Shown: positions 50,035-62,000 of the stretch, piece by piece
Layout: the number at the start of each line of letters is the position of its first letter
Position numbering within the stretch: position 1 is the stretch's first letter
Assembly: GCA_965178125.1 (NCBI GenBank)
Contig: OZ237749.1
Span: 1 to 64,000, forward strand
Direction: 5' to 3'
From: Bilabrum cf. latius
Lineage: Eukaryota
Length of the DNA stretch: 64,000 nt
Made by a program: the position numbers and the translations under genes
Notes under the pieces: model-generated
The model's database searches: none
Told to the model about the DNA's origin: nothing
Seen by the model: only the letters and a program-made list of their open reading frames with translations

Positions 50035-53000
50035 TCAAAATATCGAGAAAAGGTCATCATCGTCGCTGCGCGCTGCTGTCGTCTGGTCGTTGCCGGTGAC
50101 GGCGACGGCCACGGACAGAACAGCGCTCTAGTTGCCTCCAGAGCCACCCGGAATCTCCCCCCACAGCTCCATTCTCACTTCATCTAGCACGGGCGGCGGC
50201 CCGCACCCGTCCTCACCTTTGCAGACGTACCGCAGCGGCGAGCACGCCCTCCGCAGGGCCTCAATGGACCCCCGCAGCACGGTGACCTGGGAGCCCCCGG
50301 GGACTGCTCCTGCGTCCACCTGCAGCCCGCCCACAGTGCCTGCCCCCGCTGCAAGCGCTAGCTTGCCACTGCCGGCCCTCACCTCCAGCACATACCGCTG
50401 CAGCCCCAGCGCCGCCTGACCCCTGGAGCACCCCTCCGCGAGCCCCGCCTCGTCCTCCGCGGGGAACACACCCCGTAGCATGGCCCACGCGTCTACGGGC
50501 ACGGCCAGCGCCACGCCTGCCCGCCCCAGCGCCTCCTCCAGCTCGGCCTCCTGGAGCCCCACCGCCGCCGCAGACCCCAGGGCTCCCCTCACCACTGCCT
50601 CGCGCTCGGCCGGCGTCGTCTCCGGGACCTGCCAGGCGGGCTCGGCCAGCGCCCCAGCCTCCACCTCCACCCTCACACTCGTCCCCGCGATACCGCCTGC
50701 CTCCACCACAGTGGGCTCCCTCACGCCCCCGTGGACGCTCCCAGAGCCCCCGCTCTCGTCCTGCACCTCCCACTGCAGCGCGTGCGAGCCGCAGCTGCCT
50801 CGGCCAGCCCGCACCGTCACCGCCCTGAGCACCTCGTTGCAGGCGTGCGGGGTGCACTCGACGTCCAGAGAGGACACGGGCCCACCCCTCGCCGCCTCCA
50901 GCCCGCTGCTGCCCCTGAACACGACCACATGCGCAGCCGACACGAGCTCGGCCTGGTCCCGATGCACCCCCGGCTGCCTCCACCGGGGCACTCCATCCAG
51001 CCCCTGGTCCTCCCCCACGTACCGCAGCGCGGGCCACTGCGCGTCCGGGTCGGACCCCAGAGGGGGCAGCTCCGCCCGTGTGCCGGCGGGCGGTGTCACT
51101 CTGAGGAACAACGCCCCCGAGTATGACTCCTGGCCAGGGTGACCCGCCGAGCGCGCCTCCGGGCTCCCTGCCCGAGCCCTCTGGTCCCGCTCCGAGGCAC
51201 TGCCCCCTGCAGCCTCCACCCAGGCTCGCACCCTCAGCCGAGAGGTTGCGTTTGAGTCCACGTCGCCCACCAACAGCGACTGCCGACGGAAGCTGTCAAA
51301 CTCCCCGTGCCGGGCCTCGCCAGCACTACTGGTGTCAAGTGCTCCCAGGCCGAGGCCGTGCTTCCGCAGTCTCGCGTCCCCTCCACCGGTCACGATGGCA
51401 CTCGGCACCACCCCGGAGCCTGCAGATCCAGGTGCACCCACTGCAGTGAGCACGCATGGCATGGCAGCGTGCCTCGGGTCGGCACCTGTCTGCTCCGCCG
51501 CAAGTACCAGCCGCGGCGCCCCTCCCAGCACCTCTTCCTCTTGCAGCACCACGACACCTCCGTCCCTCCGAAGCACCACGGCGTCCTCCTCGCCCTCGCC
51601 CTCCCCCTCGCCCGGGCCCAGCAGAGCATCAAACTCGCCGCTCGTGCCCTCGAACAGCCGCCGAGCCACTGACCCGGCACCCTCCAGCACCCACAGGGCG
51701 TCCCTTCGTGCAGCGCCGCCTCGTGCCACTCGCCCGTGCGCCAGTGCCACGAACAGCAGGCGCTCCTGCCCTCCCGCAGACGCAGCTGGGAACGGCTGCA
51801 ACATGCGCGGTTCGCTGCCCACACCGCCGGGGACTGCGTCCGCCAGCAATCCGGTCCCGCCCGCCGTGCCGTCCGTGCTCCACAGCTCCCTTCCCCCCTG
51901 TGCGTCCCCGCCATCGGCCGCAAAGAGCACCACTCCGTCGTACCTGGTGAACCCACTGGGGGAGGACGAGCACACGCCAGGGCACAGGTCCAGGAGCGCT
52001 CTGGTGCCCCCGCGGCTGCCGTCAGAGACCCACAGCTCCCGCCCTTGCGCGCTGTCCCCGATCGCAGAGAAGAACAGCAGCTCGGTGCTGGTCAGCGGCC
52101 CCGCGCTCCCGTCGGGGTCTACGTCGAACCAGAGGTGCAGCGGGCTGGAGCCATCCGACCCCGGTTGAATGTCTCGCACCAGGTGGACGCCGGCCTGTCC
52201 ACCCGCACTGCCCGCCCAGCCGAGCGCCCACACCTCACGGCCTGTCCCTGGTCCCTCCGCCACGAAGAACCCGATTAGCTCGCCCCCTGTGGAGCTGAGC
52301 ACGGTGGTGTTGCCGGGCACAGCCGTGATGTAGGTAGGGTCCGAGGATGCGGGTCCCGGCCGCACCTCGGGCAGCGGAACCGTACCCGCTACGGTGCCGT
52401 CGGTGCGCCACAGCTCCCGACCCCTCGCGGGCGTGCTGGCCGAGAAGAGCACCCAGCGGGCAGAGGGCTGGGAGGACGATGCCATCCACCGGGGATCGCT
52501 GCCGGCCGACAGCCACGCGTCCGAGGCACCGGTGACGCGGAATGTCCCCTCAGCGGTCCCGTCCGTCCTCCAGAGCTCCCTGCCGCGCGGGGCCGGCCTC
52601 ACCGCAGGCGCGCCCGCCACCGCCGCTTGGCTGCCGGGGCCCAGCTATCCCCCCTCCGCCCCGAGGCACACAATACCGGCGAACCCCTCGGTTCCCTGGT
52701 CCCCCAGCACCACCTCGGCCAACTCGGCCCGCCCCGCGTGCTTGAAGGCGCCCGTAGCACGGCTGTCCGAGAACCGGAACTTCCAGCGAGAGCGGCCCCC
52801 GTGCTGGAGCCCCTCCCAGCCGCAGGCACCGGCGTACACGGGGCTCTAGAGCAGTGCGACACCCGCCGTCGTAGATAAGCCCCTCTTCTCGTCCCGTATG
52901 GTGGACAGGCCGCCAAAGATGGCTTCTCCCTCGGCCGTGCTGGCGGGCCGCATGCCACTCGGGCAGTCGTACGTCCTTGCTGGCTCCCACTGGTCCGACT

Positions 53001-56000
53001 CGGACACGACGTAGTACACGTCGGGAACGGTGGCAGGCGATGCACCAGGGCCGGCACGTGCCAGCAGTCCCTGAGACAGCCGCTCGTACTACTCCCCGGG
53101 CCGACCCCCAGTGGCTAGCAGCCAGTGCGCCCCCGGCTCGGGGTCTCTCCTGGCCCTCGTGGCCGCTTCCAGGGACAGCGGAGTGCCCGACAAGACGGAC
53201 CGCCTGGTGCCGTTGCATGCGTCTGCAGTGTACTGCCAAGCCACGTCTGGCCTGCCCTCCGCTGCAAAGTACACCAGCTCGCGCCCCTGCCCGTCCGTGT
53301 GCGCCACCAGGAAGGCGGGGTCCGACGACTCTGGGCCCGGCAGCAGATCCTCCACGATGGCCGTGCCCTGGTCCGTGCCATCCGTGACCCAGAGCTCTCG
53401 CCCCGCTGCCTCCGTCTCCAGCACGGCCATGGCACGGGCACCCCCTTCGATGCTCGTCAGCCACTGGGGGCGAGAGGACAGCTGGCCCTCCCGCGCGTCG
53501 GACACCAGCGCCAGTCTCCAGGCTTCGCCGGCCACGCCGTCCCTCACCGACTGTGGCGCTGGTCCTAGCAGGTCTTCTCGCACCAGTGGGGCGTCCACTC
53601 GGGAGAAGAAGAGCTCAACGCCGGCGCCAGACCAGGGCAGCGGGTTCTGGTTCCCACCCGCGAGCGACATGTCCGAAGCAGCCACCCCCGCAGCACAAGC
53701 GGCCCGCACACCTCCGAGCAACGTCTCGGTGCCAGCCACGACCCGCAGCACGGCCCGCTCTTCCGTCTCTGCCGCGAGGATGACTGGAGGGTCGTTCACA
53801 GGGGCCACCGTCAGGCGGACTCTGGCGGTCGCACCCAGGCCCCGGGCGTGTACCTCCTCCACCGACACCAAGAGAGCGTCCTCACCGCTCCAGTCCGCGG
53901 CAGGTTCGTACAGGATCCTCCTCAGGGCAACCGCTGCAGCATCCAAGGACGCCTCGAAGTGAATCGCAGCGTCCCGGATGCCATCGCCGCCGCCTGGGAG
54001 GTACGTCAGCTGCACGGGACCATCCCTTGTGCCGCTTCGCCGCAGCTCCAGGGCTTCTGTTTCGTTCCATCGGCGCAGCACACCAAGCAGTGCCTGCCCG
54101 AAGACGGGAGCACCCAGCGTCACTGCCCCGTGGGACGAGGTGATTGTTACCCGCACCAAGTCGCTGCCACGCAGGTCCACATCTCTCAGCGCCAGTCCTT
54201 GGATCGCCGCGACGCCATCTTCCCTCAAAGCCACGAGGAGGGCACCGCCTGCAGTCTCGCGAACAGAGAGACCGTCGTAGTGCCAGCTCGCCAGTTGAGT
54301 CGGATCCAGCTGGGCCGCGCCGGGCACGTCGACAACCGGCCCGTCCGCGCGGCCTGACACCCGCACGGTGGCCCTTGTGCTTGCCTCGGACTCGGCGCCT
54401 TCTCCGTCGCTCACATCTCGCACCACCACCGTCACGGTCGGCTCTGACTCAGTACCGGACAGCAGCGCCGAATCCAGGTTGGGGTCAGGCAGGAACTACA
54501 CCTCCTCGATCCAGCGATCCGTCTCAGCCGCACTGCCCCGGAACACGACGGAGCTCGAGAATCCGTTCATCGCTTGGAACGCAGAGGCATTCTGGGCGAC
54601 ACCAGCGGGTGTGCTGATGCTCCCGTGGTCCCTGCCCTTGGTCGACCTCAGCCCGCCCATGGTGGCCGAGACCACTGTCTCGTAGGCACCCTCCACACCG
54701 ACCTACTCGCGGACAGCGGCTGCGTGCGGGGGCACTGGGTCCGTGCCTTGGCCTGCGTATACATCAGCGTCCGCCACCCGCACCAGCAAGCCCATCTGCC
54801 GCAGGGTCTGCACGGAGTCCTCAGCCGTCCGCACCAGCACCTGTGCCGCGATGGGCTGACCTGCCCGTGCTCCTGGTTGCGCGCTATCAGTGAGCACGAC
54901 AGGGTCGGGCACTGGCCGCACTACCAACGGGATTGTCGTTGAAAGCCATGCTGGGACAGGATCAGCTGCTCCACTGCCGGTCTCAATGGATACCGTCACG
55001 TTGTCGCGGCCGAACCAGTGCGCCCACGGCTCATAGCTCACCTGCGCCAAGAAAGCAGCCATGGCGGGACCTTCCCCGCGAGCTACCAGCACGCGAGAAC
55101 TCGCCAGACCCCCGGTGCCAGTTGGACTTCCACCTGAGGTGACGTCAACCCCGACGGGGAACCGAGGGTACTGCAGCTCGCCCCTGGCGACGGACAGGGT
55201 GGCACCGTACTGCTTGCCCCGCACCGCGTTGCCTATCTCCATGGCAGGCAGGCGGAACGCACCGTCTTCAGGCAAGTGTGCCGCATCCACCCGCACCAGC
55301 TCTCGGCACCTCCGACTGGACACGTCGTCAGCATTGCATGGCCGGTCCACGTAGTGCCCGCCCTGCACAGTGAGGAACTCTCGCTGGTGCCTCCCCGGGC
55401 CATCCACCAGAGGCACACGCAGCAGCGATGCCGCTGGCCCTCGCTCTACTGCTTCGTCAAAGGCAGCTGAGAGTCCTAGGCGAGCCTCACCCGCCAGAGG
55501 GGAAGTAAGGCGTCCGTTGAGCATGCGCACAGACAGGCGCTCGAGCTGGGCAGAGACGCTGACTACCGGCCCATTCAGGCACACGCGCGTGTCTTCGCTT
55601 CCGCCACCGCACTACAGCACAACATCTGTCCCGGCCGCGTCGACGTTCAGCGCAAAGCTCCCACTTGAGTCCAGCAGGGACAGGTTGGCAGTCACGCGCC
55701 CGGTTCCTGGGGCAGCGCCCTCCTGCAGCAGCCCCAGGCCAGTCAGCTCCACCGGCTCATCTGCAGTCAGGAACGGCAGGCCATCAGGCAGCACCCAACG
55801 CAGCTGCGCCTCCTCCACCTGGCCCTGCACGGCGATGTCGAGTGTCGCAACCAGGCCCTCAGCCCCCGGAGAGCGCCCGGTGGCTGGGCGCGAGGAGTGC
55901 TTGGTCACCCGCACGTGCACCGTGTCTGACCCTGGCCAGGCCGTCCGCTCGACCAGGTACTACAAAGAGTGCAGTGCGGCGTTGACATCCTCTAGAGTTC

Positions 56001-59000
56001 CCGATAGCACCAAGTCCACGGGACCCGCTGCATCCACCGGGGACGTCATCGCGCCCTCGTGCGGGATCAGCTGCTGCACCCGGCCGTGCGCCGCTGCCAC
56101 GGTCGCAACATACAGGTCGGGTAGGTTCTCAGATCCAAACTGCAAGTCATAGTCTTCAACAACCACAGACTGGAGGCTGATTCCATGCGCGCGAGAGGGC
56201 AGCACAACCGGAGTGGTGCCAGCGTACCGGACGGTATGCTGTGACACGGCGGCCTGCACCTGCACGCCGACTGTCCGCTTGGTGGTCAGTGGGTGTGCCG
56301 CTGCCGCTTCCTCAAACCCAGTCACTGCTCGCTTCAGGTCCTCAAGCACCGGGGCGCGACTGGCGTCCAAGAAGACCAGCTCCGACCCGAACGCGTCGTC
56401 GTACGAGGCATTCAGGGTGTCCAGCCCCCGTAGCCCGAAAGTGCCCATATCCCTTACTACAATGCTGAGCTGAGCCATACCTCGAGCGGCAGTGTTGAAG
56501 CCGCGCGGAAAGCCAAGCGTAGTCAAATCAATGGCCTAATTGAGGCCAACCAGCGGACCACGCAGCACCACCTCAGAGGCACTGACGCTGCCGCTGGACG
56601 AGGCGCACTTCGCTGAGCCAGTCGATGCATGGATTGACGAGACCGCGGATGCAGTAGTACAGGGCACTGTCACAGTACCCCCGTCGGTGACAGAGAGCAC
56701 CACTTCCTTCTCCTATGCCAGGATGCTGCCGTTCGACGATCGCACCAGCTGATCGAGCTCGGGCGTCTCGTCCGCGTCTTGGATGGACAGCAGCACGCCG
56801 ATGTCGAGTGCAGTGTCTTCTGCCATCTATATGGGCGCGGCGCCCCTGTCATCGTCGGACCCTCGCACTCTTGCCACGCCCACGGTCGGGGCGTCGTTCA
56901 TGGGCACCACCAGCACGGGGATGTGCAGCAGGTCCGCCTGAGGGAAGAGCACCGCTGGCTGTCTGGCGATCGACCTGAGCCTCCGAGCAAGGGAAGGTCC
57001 CGCCTGAGCGACCACGCGCTGGAACTCGACCGAAGACTGGTCCAGAGGTCCCCCACTGACGAGGCCCTCTATGGCGACTTGCACGTCCATGGGCACGGTT
57101 GGGTCGGTCGCAAGTCTTGCCGCCCAGATCCTGGCGGCTTCAAGTGCCACAGCATCTGCCAGCTCGTCGCCCTACAAAGCAGTCTGGCCAGAAATCCCGC
57201 CTACGCGCACCGACTCGAAGGCCGTTTGTGGGAGCGGCACGACAGGCCGAGTTGCGTTGGACCCGGTGAGGGCATTCTTGGCAGTCCTGCTTCCGCCGTT
57301 GCCCAGATCGCTAGCGAACACTTCCACCAGATCTCGGCCGAAATAGTTCGATCTCGGGTGATACACCATGCCCAGGAGGGCGGCTCGGGCGGCAGCTGCG
57401 TCCGCCCTGAATCTGATCCTCTGGCCCCTGAGGTAGGAGGAGCCGTTGCGAGCTGCGCTAGCTGGCTCTAGTATCTGCTACAGTCGAGCAAAGGTTGCTC
57501 GCCCAAGCTCCAGCTGGCCCTCCTGGACACGAATCTCGACTTCTAGCAGGCCACTAGGTACTACGCTGGGCTCCACGAACCTGGGCTACTGGAGCTACTG
57601 GGCTCGTTCGTCAGTGGAGCTAGCCAGCAGAGAAACAAACTCGTCTCGTGTCACAGGGCCAAGCACCACGCGTTCTGGACCGGCAGATGCCGTGGACAGG
57701 CCGCTGGCAGCGCCGCCAGCGAGCAGAGGACTAAGCTCGGAAGCGTCGACATCCCGCACGCTCACTGCAATGGGCACGGCTGTGTCTTCTGCCACCACTA
57801 GCGGACGCACTGCCCGCACCGCATCGGAGAGACCGTCTCCGACCAGAGCACCTTCCTCTCTTACTGCGCCAGGGACATCCAGCACAGGGGGATCGTTCAC
57901 CGGAAGCACGCGCACGCGCAGGACCTAGCCCGCCATCGGGCCCCCGGCGGTGGTGGAGGCTGAGAAGGCCGCCAGCCAGCCCATTGTGTCCACAAGCACC
58001 CCATGCAGCGAGTCCGCAGTGACTCCACCCTGCGCTGAGCGCGCTGCCTCCAGCAGTACATCAAGTGCGCCAGTACCCTACGGACCTGCGGCGAACGCTG
58101 CGATTGCCGATCGAGAGGCTGCTGCCAGCGACGCCTGTGCTGCATATCCCGCGGATGCCGAAGCAGACGCAGCGTCCACGGCCTCTGGCAGTCTATCCGA
58201 CCCATCGTCAGTATCAGGGCCACTTCCATCTATAAAGGCAGGGGAGCTGCCGTTGACCAGCACAGCCCATATGCCCTCGAGCCTAGAGTCGGCCGCCCCC
58301 CCTTCACTTGCGAATAGGATGACACGATCCAGTGAGCCCGTGTCCTAGACAGCCCCGGTGCTGGACTCAGAGTTGAAATTCTGACTGGGCCGGTACACAA
58401 TCTCCTCAATGGCCTGGTTCACGTCCACGAGCGGGCCTTGGATCGCGCACGCCCGCACCCTCTGGCAATCACCGGCTGACAGGTCCAGTCCCGGGACCAT
58501 AGTAGGCAGCGACAGCGTCCCGAATCGCGCGGCCAGCCGCACGGTCACGTTTCCGCCAGCTTCATCGTTTACTTGGGTGCCAGCGATGCGGTAGTCAGCG
58601 TCTTCCAGCACCACGAGTGGGCCGGGGGGCACCACAAGGACTGGGGCCTCGTTCCTTGCCTGCACTTGCACCGGCACGGCACGCCTAGCGACAAACCCTC
58701 TGCCCAGTTCAAACGCTAGGGCTTCCTGCAGCTGACGGAGCCCTGCATCGGCCGACGGTAGTGATGACCCGAAGTCAGCGAGAGTCAGGTTGAGCGAGAG
58801 TATGCCAGCCACACCGGAGTCAGGAATCAGCACAGCCTCCTGTAGAGCAGCGTTGATCTGCGACTGCTTGCCAATGAGGGCCAGGTAGCGAGAGCCTAGG
58901 AAGGAAGGCTCTCCCAGAGCCTCAAATGTAGGTGCTGTGCCGCCGACAGCAACCGCCTCGGCAAGTGATGATGCTGACCGGAAATGTGCGCCAAGACCGC

Positions 59001-62000
59001 TGGTCCCAGCAGCTGAGCCAAGGCTCGAGTTGAGACTCCCTCCTTCGTCAGTGAACAGTGGGACAGAACTCCCATCGGCCGACACGTTTGAAAAAACTGT
59101 CACTAGGCAGCCGTCAGTGCGCGGCATGCGAATGCGCGCTCCCCCCACCGCCTATGCAACCAACAAGAGGTAGCTGTCCGGCACGCCCACAGCGGTGCCT
59201 GCCACCTGCTGCTTGTCAGCGTCCTGCACAGAGAGCTCATCGAGAGATATGGGCGTGGCTTCGATACCCTCAAGCAGACCAGGAGCAATGATCACTGGGG
59301 GGTCGTTCTGGCTGGCGACCTTAATGGCAGCAGAGGCGCAGCTCGTGCCGCCCTAGTCGCACGAAATAGACTGGCTGACGGGTTGCGACCAAATAGCTGG
59401 CGAAAGGCCCTCAAGGCCCGTCGATACCTGCGTGCGGTTCACACGTACATTCGAGGGCGACTGAGTTACGTAGCCAGTGCCAGAGGCGACTTGCGTTCCG
59501 CTCCCGACACTGTTGCTAGGTGTGCCCAACCGCGCGGTCACGCTGTCCCAGCCGTGGAAGTGTGCATCAGGCACGTACTCGATACGGGGCTGGGGACCCA
59601 GCAGATCCCGCAGTTTCGCTGCCGCACCCACAAGCAGCAGCTCACGGGGACTGTCTGGTATGCCAAGCACCGCACCACCGGTGGCACCAGCTCCGTCCTG
59701 CACGGTGCGGGTCACGCTGGGTGCCCTGATAGCACCGTGCTCGCACGACAGTCTCAGCTCCAGCACCTCGCTGCTATCCAGTCCGGACTCGGCTATGGAC
59801 AGACCACCAAGAAGCAGGACGGTGTCCTCCACGCCCTGCAGGACCGTTCCACCATCCTGCACCGCGCCACGGGTTTCGATCGACCACGCTAGCTATGGAA
59901 GGCCTGCCCTAGTGGGTGGCACCACGTCCAATGCGAAGCTGGCACTGGCGGTCAGAGAGGGGGCAGTCGCACCGATACGACCGCCAAAGAAGGGGCTAGC
60001 CACGGACAGAGTGCTATTCGAAGGCACACTACCAGTCAAGCCCATGTCAGACGCGACAAGCCGCACGACCAGTCGACCCACCTCTCTTGAAGCAGGTCGA
60101 ACCACCAAACGGCGAATAGCATCGTTCAGGTCCGCTGGCAGGCCTGCCAGTGTGAATGCAGGCCCCACGATCGTGTTACCCTGCACGCTAGACCTCGGAT
60201 CTGCAGCGAGTAGCCATCGACTGCCCCCAGCCGTGTGCTGGCCTTCAAGCAGCAGCTGCGAACCTTGCTCCGCGGGCACCAGCTCGTGGCTTGAAACAGA
60301 GGCGCCTGATGTCTCCGGTTGGAGCTGATCGCCATTGACAGCGACCCGCAGCCTGCCAGACGAGTCCCGTAGGCTAGCCCACACCGTGAAGGTGAATCCT
60401 CCACAGAGGGTCCGTGGCCCGCGCCTCACTGCCACCTGCACGTGCGACCCCAAGGCCTCCTGCGATCGAGCGTGGTCTTGTAACAATTCCTGGATGGACG
60501 CCGGCTCCATGGACTCAGACACCTCCAAGGCGCCAATGGTCAATCCTCCCGCCATGAGGTCGAAGGAGCCACTCAGCGTCTCTGGCTTTTGCACCGTCCG
60601 GATGAGGACATCCACGTCCTCGCCGGCAATAGTAGTAGCATCGCTGTCTACAACCGCACCCGAGAAATCGTGCGGGGCACCTCGGAACGTAACCGCCCAG
60701 CTGGCTCCCTGCAGCCCAATTCCATACCGCATGGACAGAGGCAAAGCATCGTCGACGTGGACCATGCGCCTTGCCTCCACCCGAATGGCGCCAATTTCCG
60801 ATTTGAGATGACTCCGTGGGATGCGGCCACTCAGCTCTTCCAGCGCATCCTGTAGCACCACCTCCATTGACGTGCCCTGCGGCATGTCGGGATTCTGGTC
60901 AGAGGCGGGTCCCGGCAAGCTGGGGTCGATTGCCCTGGTACCAGCGCTCTCTTCAATTCCAGCCATGTACCCAACATCGTCTCGGAACATGCCGGCCGTG
61001 GAAACGGTGGCTCGAAGGGCGCCTCTGAGCCGGGCCAATGGATCTGACGGGTCCGATAGGTTCGCCAAAGGGGGACCAGCCACCGTGATGATCTGCACCA
61101 GATCCACAGGCACGGCGTCAAGACTTACGTCAACGACGTATGCCTGCCCCGATCCACCCCGCACGACCTACACGCCAGCTTCGTATCCCAACGCCTGTGC
61201 TTGATCTGCCTATAGCTAGGATTCGATCTGCAGACCGGCTCGAAGCAGCGTGGGATACAACAGAGTCACTTGCCACTGCGCGCCACCCACCTGCATCCGA
61301 TCAAAGCGCTGCGACCGCGTGACGATCACCCTGTCCACGCCTTCCATGCCCTCGAGAAGGTCCCTGACCACCGTGGCACTCGAGTTGGGGTGCACCCAAT
61401 CAGAGCGAGAGAGTCCGAGGGCGAAACGAAAGGGAGCATCGGCGACACTGGCGCCACCGCGGGCCGCAGACACTGCTGGACCAGCGACCTCTGCCTCGCT
61501 GCTGTTCCCCACCTGCACGCCCACCGGGACAGCCGTCATCAACGGAAGGTCATGGGGGGCGTGCAAGAAAGTGACGCGGTAGGTGTACCCGTGGAGTGGT
61601 CCGCCCGAGGTCCGACTAGAGTGAGACCGAGATACGAGCACGTCGATCCCGCCGAACTCGTCGCTCCAATCAACAGGGTGGACGGCTCCAGTACCAGGCC
61701 TCAGATAGCCAGCATCATCTCCCGTCAGGCACGGCAGCGCCATGAGGGCGTCCCGCACGCTCCGCTGGCCGTAGGGCGGGGACCTGGTGTCTACTGGAGC
61801 GTTCACTTGCAGCAGTTCCGTCTCACATGCCTGTCCGCCATAGGCCGAGGAGTCCACTCGCAGCTTGAAGTGCCCCGACAGCCGCACACTGTCGACAGAT
61901 GGGTCTTCCACGGTCTCCCGTGCACCCACGAATATCTCCTGAATTGGCGCCCTCTCAACTGCATTCAAACTAGAGCTAACCCCGGCATGGAGCACGGTCG